From Octopus vulgaris (Eukaryota), in assembly GCA_951406725.2 (NCBI GenBank), contig OX597814.1:119722001-119786000 (forward strand): a stretch of DNA of 64,000 nucleotides, written 5' to 3'. The notes beneath the pieces were generated by a model that did not search any database, was not told where the DNA came from, and saw nothing but the letters and a program-made list of their open reading frames with translations. Positions 42,897 to 55,250 of this stretch are shown here, piece after piece. Position numbers and translations under genes: made by a program. Positions within the stretch are counted from its first letter, which is position 1. The number at the start of each line of letters is the position of its first letter.

Positions 42897-45800
42897 CACA
42901 GTGATGATTACGTTTAGCGCTTGGCCCGGCAAAGATGCATTAAGAAAATGCAAATATTCGTTCAATATCACGCTCTACACAAATAACGAGGTTTTATATT
43001 TTCAATTTGTAATACAAAAAAGTTCTTGTAAAACTGCATATACAAATAAAACCAGATTGTGATGCCTTTTTAACAGTCAATATTTTGCTGTATCTCCTTA
43101 TAGCTTGATGTTCGATGTCATGTACAACATGACGAATACGCATGAGGATTCGCTAGTCACACATTCCAACTGGAACTGAAGGTGAATCTAGGAAGACTGT
43201 AGAACAACTGTTTCTTTTCTATCAATGTTCGAAGATAACGTTAGTGAGATTAAGGCGTTTGTAAGCAGTTACAGTTTTTAAATACTATTTTTTTACCCAC
43301 TTCATTTCAAGTTTACTCTCGCAACACGAAAATTGGTTCATTGGAACCAGCTGTGCAGAATAATGAAGAATATTTAAAATAAAATCCTTTCTAATTCTCA
43401 TTACATGCAAATTTGATTTTGTCTTTAATTTCATCCTCTCTTATTTTTTTTTTTACATAAATACTGTTTGTTGTTTGAACTATCATACATTCACGTTCTT
43501 TTCTTTTTTATTCATTTTCGGCAGACGAAGACCATCGATGATTATGATGACCCCTGATCAGAGACGTTTCAACCTTATCCTTACTAATAATACCATAGAG
43601 TATGTATTTTTTTTTACTAAATAACGAGACCGTAATTTCTATGAAAGAGTAACTGACTTTAAATAAAGCATTTCTATAAATAAATTTTGTTAACGATATC
43701 ATTCTTTAAAATAAAAATTGTTTTATATTATTAGAATAGTTAAGTCTTCTTTTTAAATGCTTTTTGCATACGATAAACTATTTTGTAGTTTTGGTTCCAA
43801 TTCGTCATATTGAAGACAGCTGTGTGAACAATCCTTATAACACAGGATAAAATTTCGTACGGATTTATTGCTCGATATTCACACGAGAATATAACAAGGA
43901 AGTCAGGTCAAAGATATATTTTTGTACCATTGATTTAACTTGTTTCTTTAAATATGAAAACACTTAATTATGTTAATCTTCAAAAATTGAGTTATTGCTC
44001 TTTGCGGCATAAATGGACAGAAACCGGATTGTGAAACTTGAACTTTCTCGAAGTTTTAAAGGTATCATAATTGTTAAAACGTTACTGTTTTAATACGAAT
44101 GTATTAATAACTTCAATTATCTTTAATAATTGTAAACCTGAGTGAAAATTTGAATTATATGACAAATCATCTTAGTTGACTTTTGTGCTGGACATGAAAT
44201 AAACTAGAAAGAATAAAGCAATTTCTTGTTTTGTAACACTGTCTATTGATTCAGTTATTTAAGCAAGACAAGAGCTTTAAAAGGTTTATCAAGGGGAAAT
44301 TTGTATAATAATTTTACCAGATTTCAGTGTCTTTTAAATCGAACCTGAGGGAAGTACAATCACATACAGATGTCTCTTATAAAGATTAAAAATACATGAA
44401 AAATTATGGAAGCAAGTTCCATAAACTAAAGGAGCCAACACGCTACCGATCAGTTTTGTTCAAAGTCAAGAATTCTTAGCAACACCATTGCATTAGCTAT
44501 TTCCAGTTATTTATAACTGAATCGGTCGACCAAAGCAATCAATCTTATCGAATACTTCACTGATATTTATTCAGTCAACCGCAATCATTGCGGGTCCAGC
44601 ATATCCTTTTCAAAATACATTAACGATTTTGTGATGAGAACATATCGCAAATAACGTCATTAAGCTGATGTCAAATTTTATAGATTATTTATAATCTAAG
44701 ATTTCTGATTTATATATTAAGATTTTCCAAATGTCAGAGATTCAAGTCATCGGATTAGATTGTGTATGTACGTAAGATTCGTTTGTATATTTATATAGAA
44801 GAATTGTTAAAAACGGACAAACAATGCCCTACGGCATTTGCTCTGGTTGTTCACATTCAGAGTTCAAAAGACTGAGATTAATTTTGCCAATCATCCATTC
44901 AGAGCCATTGAAATCAGTGCTAATCAAATACTGGGGTTAATGGTATCAACTAGTCACCATCTCTTAAAAATGCAGGTCTGCTGTTTATATTAGAAAACAT
45001 TAATGCTTTTGTGCTTCAATATTTAAGACATCTTACAGTTATCTACTTTTCAAATATCTTCTCACTATCGAACTCGCTTTCCTTCTTTTCCTTTGCATCA
45101 AAAATCTTCAATAAATGTATTGTCAAATTCCTAGGCAAATAATTTGAGTTCTTTGGTATATAACATAGCTGTAACCAGTGTTTTTTTTATTCTAAATTCT
45201 TATCATCTCAGCGTCTTCAGGCATATCCTACATATTTCTCTCTTTTGTCCATCACAGAAATTTGAGAAGAATACCAAAATATTAACAGAAATATACACAT
45301 ATGCGTTCCATTTACAGTATTATCGATTTTTACAAAAAGAAAGAACTTGGTATATAGACTGCATCTCTATAGATTCTTCTAACAATGTCATCTCATAGGG
45401 AAACATGAGAAAAATAGAGGATTAATTATTTATTTAAATGTGTTGTATTTTCATGTTATATTCTAACAAAGAAAGCTGTTGAATGGCAGACACAGCAGAA
45501 CGAGGGATTATAAGATCGTCACTATTTGTTTACTTGGATTTCCATTCTCATTAACAAACTCCAGAATCAACTTCCGTGGTCTTCCATTGCGGATCAATAG
45601 AATGAGTCCAGTCATGTACAGAAGCAAAATCAATCAACCATAACCACCATGCACATTTGTGCAAATCAATATTGCATATGCAGACACTAGCATACAGACT
45701 CATAAACAAACACGCAATATTCAAGGTCTTGTGTCTGTTCATTGTGCAGAAATCCATATTTTATTCATCAAACGACAGCAGACTGTTAAAAATGGTACTG

Positions 45801-47183
45801 CGTCCAGCAGAATGCTTCACGCAATTGAAATATAATTTCTTAAGTTCTAATCTTATATTGTGCCGGTGACTAATTTGATATTTGTCATTTGGGAGTTGAT
45901 AATGATACCATAAGAATATTTTAATGGTTTCTTCAAAAATTCCAGAACGACAAATGATAACACACATGAAACCTAGTGTCTAAGGAATCACGTTTATTAT
46001 TGATGGAGAGGAATACTACCTGCTATCTATGACCCAAACAGAGTGTCAGTATGATTGAATTCCTTTAAGACTATCTCAATTAGGACATTGGAGATGTCTT
46101 ATATAGCGTAGTCGCTTCTGTAAAATATCTCCGTATCGAGCTGAGACTAAATTTATATAATTTCTAGACATGTCCCATTACAAAGATATAGTAATTTTCA
46201 ATAAGATTTAACAGTTTTCTTTAGTGTAAACATTTAGAATCCTTAACAGGAAGTATTCTAAGCTGCCGCTATTTACTCCTCAAAACGTTATAAACCAGTT
46301 ATCATATTTCTAGGACATCACATTTTTTTCTAAAAAAAACTATACCAATGTGTGTATGTATATATATATGAGAAGGGGTTCGTGATGCAACGTGTATACG
46401 GGTTTTAGACAAGGTATTTTAACACATGCAGGGATTTCGTAGGCTGAACGACAACTACGTCTATCTAATGTGTTGATACAGCTAATTACTATATATCTAA
46501 AGAAAAAATCTTACTCAACCGATCTTTTGCAATTTTCTCAGCGATTTTTCCAGGAGCGAGAGTCACTTCTGCGAAATTATGTCCAGCATTAAACACAAAC
46601 ACACACGTGTGTACGTGCGTGTGTTACCATAACAATCTCTTATGATGCATTTTCAGGAGGAATTGACGCTATAACGTGTATATACAGTAGTTTAGTCAAG
46701 AAGAGTTATTAATCTGAAAAGATAACTACTTCCGTCACTTTAATAACGAATCACCTATTTCATACATTTCAATTTTAAGAGATCTAAGTTAATTGCTTGC
46801 ATAGTCATTAAATGAATAATAAGCATGAATAACATTGGACTTCATTATATGCTAGACCCAACGGCACCATGACACAACGAAGCAAAATTTATTGGCATAA
46901 TAGCAAGTCATAATACTTTAACATGTTGGCTTCCCGCGTAAATGAAAAGGGTCGAGAGAGCCCTTGAGTTAGTAAAATGAAATTCAGCTATGTTCGAGAG
47001 TTGATTTGAATGCATGTATGTTGTTGTAACTTTATAGATATAAATGTGTTTCCGTAGGTCTGTCAAAAATGAAATAAATTAGAAATACATACAAAACGGT
47101 GCAAATTTAGAGCAGAAACCTATCAAACCGCTATATAAACAGTGCTTAGAGTGGTATAATTTAGTATGTCTAAATTATAATAT

Positions 47184-47256
<73 letters not shown>

Positions 47257-47595
47257 CATGCCTTCTTACCTCCCTTCTCTTTCTTCTTCTTTGTCTTCTC
47301 CCTTCTCCTTCCTAACTTTAGCACAATTGCTGCTTAGAATAACACCCACGCAAACTTTATAAACAAAACATTGAAAAGAGATATTTCAGAAATACAACAA
47401 TTGCTACTACCACCCACAGCAGGCAGTTGACCATTTAAAATACTACTCTCAAAGCACACTCACATTCTTTACCTCCTTCCCTTCCTTCTCCTCCTCCTTC
47501 TCCCCTACTAAGACTTCACAACGACCTCGAACCCATAATAATAAACAAGACAGACAGAGGCAAAAATAAGGAAAATGCCACTTATATTTGAACAC

Positions 47596-47993
47596 TACTC
47601 TTTACTTGTTTCAGTCATTTGAATGTGGCCATCCTGGAGCACCGCCTTTAGTCTAACATATTCGACCTCAAGACTTATTCTTTGTAAGCCTAGTATTTAT
47701 TCTATCCGACTCTTTGGCCGAACCGCTAAGTTACGGGCAATTAAACACACCAGCATCGGATGCCAAGCGATGTTGGTGGGGGAAAACACAGACACACAAA
47801 TATATACGCACACGAAATACATATATACATACATACGACTGGCTTCTTTCAGTTTCCGTCTACAAAATCCACTCACAAGGCTTTGGTCGGCCCGAGGCTA
47901 TAATAGAAGGCACTTGCCGAACGTGCCACGCAGTGGGACTGAACCCAGAACCATGTGGTTCGTAAGCAAGCTACGTACTACTCAGCCGCTCCT
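47596..47993 (-). mobile_element. SINE family A copy
   Basis: Colinear with the 9032 and 19514 copies. Confidence 0.9.
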
Positions 47994-48336
47994 TGCAAAT
48001 ATTAAAAAAAAATCTTTTCCAAAATTTAATTGTTCTCCATATTTACAGTTGAAAAAGTCTCAATGACTGAAACCAGTACTGAAATGTTTTTTATAAAATT
48101 ATTTTAGCATTTTCTATCTTGGATTTTTTCCATATATATGTATGTGTGTGTGTGTTTGCGCGCGCTAACTGTTATTAACTAGTTTCGCTTTACCAAATGC
48201 CCCGAGAGCGTTATGGAAAATCATTAAAGACAAACTTTTTCATGACGAAGTTGTATAATATCAGATTTAATTAAGGCTATTATTTACTCCACCATATGTC
48301 TTGAATAATATGTGCCACTGGGTCTAGAACGTAAAT

Positions 48337-49603
48337 ATGTATATCGCAGTCAACTATCGCCCAATCTCACTCACCTCCCACATCATTAAAGTGTTTGAAA
48401 GAGTGTTAAGATCAAGGATAGCTGACTTCCTGGAGACCCACAAACTCCTAAATGCAGATCAGCATGGCTTTCGCTGTGGCAGGGACTGTCTAACACAGCT
48501 CTTACACCACATTGAAGATGTACTCAAAGCCTTGGGAACAGGTTCCAACTCTGACGTCATATATCTTGACTTCAGTAAAGCGTTCGACAGGGTAGACCAT
48601 AACATCCTACTCTCAAAATTGGCAAATGTTGGAATCCGTGGAAAAGTTCTACACTGGATCAAGTATTTCCTGGCGAATAGAACACAACATGTTGTAGTTG
48701 ATGGAGTCCACTCAAACCCAGTAAAAGTCACCAGCGGTGTTCCCCAGGGAACTGTTTTGGGTCCGTTACTCTTCATAATTTACGTAAACGACCTTTCCAG
48801 TGTCGTACATTACTGCAAAGTGAAAATATTTGCTGATGACACTAAGCTCCAGCAAATCGTCAATGAAGAAGCAGACCGAACTCAACTCCAGTCTGATCTA
48901 TATGCTGTGAGTCAATGGGCAGACAGAAACAAAATGCAACTGAATGAGGGAAAATTTGAGCTGATGCATTTTGGAAGAAATTCCTCACTAAAACAACCAT
49001 ACTCTCTTCCTTCAGAGGAACAGTTCCTGGATCTTAAGAACTTACCGGTCCAGAGGACAAGGTGTCATCATACCACTTTTTTCCTCCTTTGTACGGCCAC
49101 ACCTTGAATACTGCTGCCCACTGTGGTCTCCTCACACAAGACAAAACATCTCCAGAATTGAGTCACCCCAGAGGGCACTCACTAAACAAATTGAAGGCAT
49201 GGCTGCTCTCGATTATTGGGATCGCCTTAAAGCCTTGAAACTTTACTCCCTCCAGCGTCGCCGTGAGCGGTACATCATTTGTACGATGTGGAAAATATAC
49301 CGCCAACTTTGCCCAAACGACCTAAACATTAGCTTCAAGGTTCATCCAAGACTTGGACTACGGACTATACGTCCCCTGCCCAATTCAAGATCACAACATA
49401 CATGTACACTGCAACATAATTTCTTTTCCTCAACAGGCCCTGCCCTATTTAACATTGTCCCGAGGGAGATCAAAGAGGAAAAGGATTCCATCAACTTTAA
49501 ACAGAGTCTGGATAGATTCCTTCAAAGAATACCAGATAAGCCACCCATAATTGGATACAACTCACCCAACAAGAACTCACTACTTGAACAAAACTTGACT
49601 TAA
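48337..49603 (+). pseudogene. LINE ORF2 reverse transcriptase, disrupted
   Basis: ORFs 48337-49107 and 49199-49603 are two frames of one truncated ORF2. Confidence 0.93.
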
Positions 49604-49697
49604 ACAGGATTCGAATAATCCTATCAGGTGGTGCTATTAAGTTAGACATGGCCTGGACCAATCTTTGGTCGAACCATATCTAAGTTTATCTAAGTTT
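48345..49697 (+). mobile_element. 5'-truncated CR1-group LINE (RT domain, C-terminus and 3' tail) with an internal deletion/frameshift
   Basis: RT motifs NYRPISLTS, QHGFR, YLDFSKAFD, SGVPQGTVLGPLLF and IFADDTK. A frameshifting deletion at about 49022 removes the RDLG block. A second frame continues SSWILRTY...RPHLEYCCPLWSP...LYSLQRRRERY...stop 49603. The 3' UTR ends in (ATCTAAGTTT)2 and then (TA)n. Confidence 0.95.
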
Positions 49698-49814
49698 ATA
49701 TATATATATATATATAAATATATATATATATAAACTTAGATAAACTTAGATATGGTTCGACCAAAGATTGGTCCAGGCCATGTCTAACTTAATAGCACCA
49801 CCTGATAGGATTAT
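49615..49814. repeat. Perfect 83-bp inverted repeat around a 34-nt (TA)n core
   Basis: 49615-49697 is the exact reverse complement of 49732-49814. The duplicated sequence is the LINE 3' tail. Confidence 0.97.
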
Positions 49815-49864
49815 CCAAGGCCGGTTATAGGCAGAAGGTAATTTATATTGATCCGGCCCTTCCG

Positions 49865-51103
49865 ATGCCATCATTCGGTCATCAGGATAGGGCCGTATAT
49901 AATAACATTAACATTTTAAGTAAGGACGGGAGCGCGGTGGATGCCGGGGTAGTCGCTCCCGCATTTAATTTAGCGAACAAGGATAATTATCGGTCCGGGA
50001 GGTCTTACACTAACCCAAGACCCGTCATTCATCCGAGAATCACCCACCCGAATGCGAGAGCTGGCGTCCCGATCCATCACACTGATAGGAATAAGCATAT
50101 ATGGTTTGTAATCCCCTTTGGTAAGCAGATTAGAACTAACCTCCCCCTCATGTTTAGACAAGCCATCGCCAATAACTTCCCCAGAAATTCCAAATATTAC
50201 TCCACGGTTAACTCGCATAAAGTTAGGATAGCTTTCTCCAACACTAAAAACCTCGCCCAGATAATCGCCTCCCATAATAATAGGCTACTTACTAAGACCC
50301 TATCACCTTTTTCCGGAGGCACAGCCTCTTCCGCTCCCGGTTTAATGCTCAGTAGGAATAATTATAGTAGTAATAATGATATGAGAGCCAGTACAGTGAC
50401 ACATAATCTCAGCTCCAGCCAGGGAGTACCCACTAGGGGTATAGTTATAAATAGGGGTGTTGTGGTTGAAGGTAACAATGGGAGTAGGGTAGAGAGCCCC
50501 AATAGCATCCCCAGCATCATTTCCCGCAATAGCAGCACCACGGGCAGTAGCAATGACAGCACTTTGATAGATAGTGGAGAATCAGGGGTTATTCCTATAG
50601 TTAATAGTGACGTAGTGGAAAATAGAGTAGTAAGCGGCTGCAGGTCTCGGAACGAATATAGTGACAGGAACGCAGTTCTAATTTCAGAAACTAATCCTAG
50701 CAGAATTAGATTCACGTCGGCGAACTCCAAGACCAAAAACGCCGTCTACCAATGCAAGGTTTACACGGACTCAGATGTCTTCACTTATGTAGGGGCCTCA
50801 TCCTCAAGATTGTCTTTGCGTGTCTCCAACCATTACGCAACTTTTCGGGACATGAACAAGCGCCAGACCACGGGACTCAGTAAGCTAATATGGCGACTGA
50901 AGGATACGAACTTAAGCTACAGGCTGGAATGGTCAATTTTGTCGGTGGCCCTCCCATTTGATAGGGGCAGAAGGCAGTGCAACCTTTGTGTCTCCGAACT
51001 CTTCCATATTTTGTTTGCCAGAGGCCGGATGGTAAACGGGCTTTTACAGTCGGCTTTTCGATGTCCCCATTGGCGGCGTTACACTTATCTGGCTTTTAAA
51101 TAG
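49865..51103 (+). CDS. Penelope-like element ORF C-terminal part: thumb/linker plus GIY-YIG endonuclease (RT core missing)
   Basis: The linker RNKHIWFVIPFGKQIRTN...NFP...KVRIAFSNTKNLAQIIASHNNRLL resembles Naiad-type IIWFNPPF...KVSYSC..N...II..HN. The endonuclease reads AVY-x12-YVG...R.SNH...LSKLIWRLK...W.IL...CNLC..E...N...CPH. The annotated Met is probably internal. Confidence 0.88.
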   Translation: MPSFGHQDRAVYNNINILSKDGSAVDAGVVAPAFNLANKDNYRSGRSYTNPRPVIHPRITHPNARAGVPIHHTDRNKHIWFVIPFGKQIRTNLPLMFRQAIANNFPRNSKYYSTVNSHKVRIAFSNTKNLAQIIASHNNRLLTKTLSPFSGGTASSAPGLMLSRNNYSSNNDMRASTVTHNLSSSQGVPTRGIVINRGVVVEGNNGSRVESPNSIPSIISRNSSTTGSSNDSTLIDSGESGVIPIVNSDVVENRVVSGCRSRNEYSDRNAVLISETNPSRIRFTSANSKTKNAVYQCKVYTDSDVFTYVGASSSRLSLRVSNHYATFRDMNKRQTTGLSKLIWRLKDTNLSYRLEWSILSVALPFDRGRRQCNLCVSELFHILFARGRMVNGLLQSAFRCPHWRRYTYLAFK

Positions 51104-51693
51104 CGTTTATAAATAATACCGGCACCCATAACCCTTGGTAACAAATTCTGAAATAGCCTTTAAGATATCTACGATTAACCACTGCAAGGGGAATTACTCC
51201 TGTAAGACAAACGGGGCTTGGTTTTTTCACAGCGGGGGGTTTCCTTGACAAGGCAGGTTTAGATGAGAACACACACACACATAAAACATGATGTATATAT
51301 TTTTTTTTTTCTGCCACCCAACGGTCATCACGGCAGTAGCCACTGACAGCCGAACGATCAAACGCACACACGTACACAAAAAATGTTTTCTACCCCTACG
51401 CCAACACACACGTATATAGAACAGTATACACACACACACGTCTCTAAGTAGATTTTTTCTCGCCCCTTATAAAACATCCAATATTCCTTAAATAGTCAGA
51501 ACTTTATTCTCGGTCACAAAGAACATCTATGCCCCCTCACCCACATGATTGACCGATGCCTGACCCGTTGAATTCTTCAGCCACCGGTTCTCAACATACA
51601 CTGATAAACAGTTTCGCCATGGGCTCTTAGGAGCATAGTTCGATTTGTTTTTGCTCCGCCTCTGTTCTGTTTTTGTTTTTCCAACGGATTTCC

Positions 51694-51787
51694 TATTTTC
51701 TTCCTGAAGAGAAAGACACAATATGGTCCCATTATTCCATCGGATTTTGGTAATTTGTGCCTTTCGAAACACGTGTAGAATGAAATA
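51694..51787 (+). ncRNA. Minimal type I hammerhead ribozyme in the PLE 3' region
   Basis: Stem I tattttcttc/gaatgaaata; core CTGAAGA (51704-51710); stem II gaaagacacaa/ttgtgcctttc; GAAA (51766-51769); 1-bp stem III with palindromic loop C-ACGT-G; cleavage triplet GTA (cut after 51777). Confidence 0.85.
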
Positions 51788-51842
51788 AAACGATTTCTGT
51801 TCAATCTGCGTTCAGCTCCATTTCTTCAATTCACCAATAATG

Positions 51843-51888
<46 letters not shown>

Positions 51889-52055
51889 AAAGTGGAGAGG
51901 AATATCATTGCTCCGTGTGATCGGCTTCTAAAATTCAGTTAAGCTAATTTTCTTAGTATGAAACCAATCGTAGCCTTAATACAAAAACAAAGAAATTCTT
52001 CCACCAATGCAGTATTGAGCACTGCTTCTCGTTGTTCGACATTTACGTGTGTGTG

Positions 52056-52111
<56 letters not shown>

Positions 52112-52114
<3 letters not shown>

Positions 52115-52392
52115 CAGCTCTATATTTAAGAGATGAGGAATTATGCACATTATTTACATTTGACGGATATTTGTCATTATCTTGTTTGTTGTTAACACAA
52201 CATTTCAGCTGATATAACCTCCAGCCTTTTTCAGACGTCTTGGGGGAAATTTCGAACCTGGATTCTCATTCCTAAGGTATTCTTCAATGTTGTTACCATT
52301 ATCATTATGATCCTTATTATTATTATTCGGTCACTGCTTGGAATCGAACTCGGAATCCAGGGGTTAGTAGCCCACGCTCTTAACCACTACAC
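52112..52392 (-). mobile_element. tRNA-headed short element with a hammerhead motif (SINE/retrozyme-like)
   Basis: Minus strand reads gtgtagtggttaagagcgtgggctactaacccctggattccgagttcgattcc (A and B boxes), an (AAT)n spacer, a second ggttcgaaat box, then agacgtCTGAAAAaggctg...cagctGAAAtgTTgtgtt. The 3' end runs into (TA)n. Confidence 0.75.
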
Positions 52393-52580
52393 TGAATAAT
52401 ATTAATGATGATGATAATAATAACAACAACATCGAAAAATACCTTAGGAGTGAGAACCTAGGTTCGAAACATTCCCCAAGACACCTGATGAAGGCTGGAG
52501 GGTCTATCATCCCTAACGTCGTGTTAACAACAACAAACAAGATGACGAATTTCCGTCAAATATAAATAATGTAAATAATG
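52392..52580 (+). mobile_element. Headless inverted copy of the 52112-52392 element
   Basis: aataccttaggagtgagaacctaggttcgaaa...gacacCTGATGAaggctggagggtctatcatccctaacgtcgtgtt...ccgtcaaatataaataatg is the diverged reverse complement of about 52146-52327. Confidence 0.85.
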
Positions 52581-55069
52581 TGTGTGTTTACGTACACACA
52601 CATAGATACACATACATACACACACACATATACATACACACACAAATACATACACACACATACACATATACGCACATATACACATACATACACACACACA
52701 TACATACATACATACACACACATATATATATATATATATATAGATATATATAATTTTAAATACTATAGAACCCATGAAAATAGAATCTACGATCTGCGTC
52801 AGAGTGCTAAAAATATTTCAAAGAATTGTCTTTAGAGCGAAAGCACAAATACTTGAGCAAATAAATTTAAAAGTAAAAAAAAAAGAAGTTTAAAACAAGT
52901 AAGACGTATGCGTTTGTTGTTAGGACCTAAATATACTTGACAAAGAAAAACAGGAAAAGATGAAAAGTCTAAAAAGGAAACAGAAAGAGAAAACAAAACT
53001 TCCATTGAGCGAAATTGCAAGTATAGTTACTTTTATGGCACTCTAAATAAAATGGTAGACGAAAATAGTAGGTGAAAGGAATTGTGGTTTGGCAATTCAG
53101 TGCTGCAACCTAAAGGGAGATAATGCGTGGGAGTCATCGTACGTATCAGTATTATGTGTGCATGTCTATCTGTAAATAGTGATGGGAAGTTGTCTTTATA
53201 CGTCACACTTCGAAATCCGATGCAGTAAATAAGTATTCTAGAGGTCCAAAGTAAATTATGTCTCCTATAGAACATTCTCGCAAGAATAGGAGCCTGTGCT
53301 TTGAAGGTCTACTCTGTGTAATAAACTTCAGACCAAACTGCTATTAAGAGATTTTTGCGCCGCAACAATTATGCGCAAATTTTTACTTTTACCATGAAAG
53401 AAGCTGTGACTGCTTTACTAAACTAAGTGTAAAAGTACAATTATACCTTAATATCTGCCAAACTGAAATGAGCACATTCTTCTAACTAGCAATATAATCA
53501 ATTATTTTTACCGATAAAGTGGGTGCTGCGATGTTGCACTCTGATGTCTATAAAACCGAAGCTTTTTCTAAACACTACAACATTTATTCAATCTAAATAC
53601 TTTAAAACTCCAATCTAGCAGCCACATACTCGTGACTGTAGAATAATACTTTTCTGTTTGCAGCTTCTTATCCACATTTGCGGTACTTAAAAATTGTAGC
53701 ATTCTTTAGAGCCGTCTCTCTTCTCCTGGCCACTTCCAGCTCACTCTTAATATTGAATAGCACAGCGCTTATTAACATTTCACTATTTCCTAGCTTAGTA
53801 TCTCCACTATGCTCCTTGATGTAAAATTCATCTCAACCTGGTTTCATTTGTCATGGAATGGTCTAGGAAAAGATGTATCTCAAAACGCGATAATTTTTCA
53901 TTTATGGTGAGACAAACATTTCACAGTTCATAGGAACCAACGCAAAACTATACGGTTGTCATATCAATAATTGTTTCGAGATCATATTTCAAACCTTCAA
54001 ACAACTCAAAGCCCTCATCACATATAAATTCAAGTCTCTCAGTTTGCTTTCGCTGTCTCTCTCACTTTTGTAAATTTTCTATATTATGTACCCCTCGGCC
54101 AATACCACCTCAGCAATTGACTGAAACAAGTAAAAGAGTAACCAACTTTTGTATTTAAGCACTGCATCAATAGCATTTGGAATATTAAGACATTTGGGAA
54201 ACCCTCATATATAAATCGTTATATAAATCTTACCAATTTCCCTCCTGATTCAGTTCACATTTTATCCCACGAATCAAAACCCAAATCCATACCTCACGTC
54301 TCTTTCTTTCACTCCGCAGTTTCGACCAGATTTAAGACTCACTCTCTACGCATTGTTCATGATTTCACTCTGTGGCAAACACCAAATATTATTCGAAGCC
54401 ATACGCACTGCTCTCTCAGATTCGACTGGAATTCCAACCTCTTAGTCAAACTCCAATTTCCTACACTTATTACTCCTTTACTTTAAATTTCCAATGTACC
54501 ATTCATCGCTACTTCCGGCACATTTAATTTTGACATTATTTTCTAACCTTTCTTTGATCAATATCTACTTTAAAATTCTGCTTGATTTAATAGTCCACAG
54601 CTTCGAATACATCTACGTATCCTACTCACCTTTCCCACCACTCACTTGAGACACTAGCATGTAAATTCATGCTGATCACAACCACCTTTAAAAGAATTGT
54701 TGTTTTTTTAATTTATTATATCACGGTTCGAATCACATGCACTGCCAAATAAACCATCTACTGTATTAAACACTAACTAAACATTCCTGCAATGTATAAA
54801 ACAATTTCTTTTCGGGAAATGGTCACATCTATAGTACTGATCAAAGTCTAAAAGTGATGCGATAGCGTAACAACGCCTGATGGAAGTTATTACAATCGTA
54901 CATACTTCTTTAAGAGAAATATTTAAGCAAAAGTGCATACAAAAACACTTGCTACTTGCAAACTGAAATACAAAAGTTCCAGGAACAGTATCACAGAAAA
55001 TAATAGAAAGACCTAATCACTATCATAGTGGGTGCAGAATCACAGAAATGTTTCCAAAGTAATTCATAA

Positions 55070-55250
55070 GGCGCAGGAGTGGCTGTGTGGCAAGTAGCTT
55101 GCTTATCAACCACATGGTTTCGGGTTAATTCCCACGGCGTGGTACCTTGGTCAAGTGTATTCTACTATAGCCTCAGGCCGACCACAGCCTTGTGAGTGGA
55201 TTTGGTAGACGGATACTGAAAGAAGCCCGTCATATCTGTATATATATATA
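55070..55250 (+). mobile_element. SINE family A, 5' half (interrupted)
   Basis: ggcgcaggagtggctgtgtgg...gaaagaagcccgtc followed by (TA)n. The 3' half resumes at about 56346. Confidence 0.88.

Larger units (their letters stand above)
49811..51845 (+). mobile_element. 5'-truncated Penelope-like retroelement (Naiad-type) with 3' UTR/pLTR
   Basis: The reading frame is open from the junction (LSKAGYRQKVIY, end of the RT thumb) through the linker and GIY-YIG domain. A 740-nt 3' region follows with a minimal hammerhead and ends in (TA)n. Confidence 0.88.

Noticed and set aside
47623-48066. Recurring similar ORFs (9398, 19677, 47623; also 7453, 42188, 59922) as a gene family
   Set aside because: The similarity comes from SINE copies, and frames and stops are not conserved between them.
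48459-50736. Minus-strand ORFs 48459-48776, 49970-50275 and 50362-50736
   Set aside because: They are antisense shadows of the LINE and PLE coding frames.
51540-51610. SECIS element in the Naiad 3' UTR (some Naiads encode selenoproteins)
   Set aside because: A hairpin is present, but the AUGA/AA/GA spacing does not fit and the retained ORF has no in-frame TGA. SECISearch would be needed to settle it.
52329-52392. Functional tRNA-Ser(ACT) gene
   Set aside because: The 5' acceptor strand is missing, the T-stem is mispaired, there is no long variable arm, and it is embedded in a repeat. It is treated as a SINE-like head.
53450-54700. Possible ancient LINE relic on the minus strand
   Set aside because: Composition is suggestive, but I could not read an unambiguous motif.
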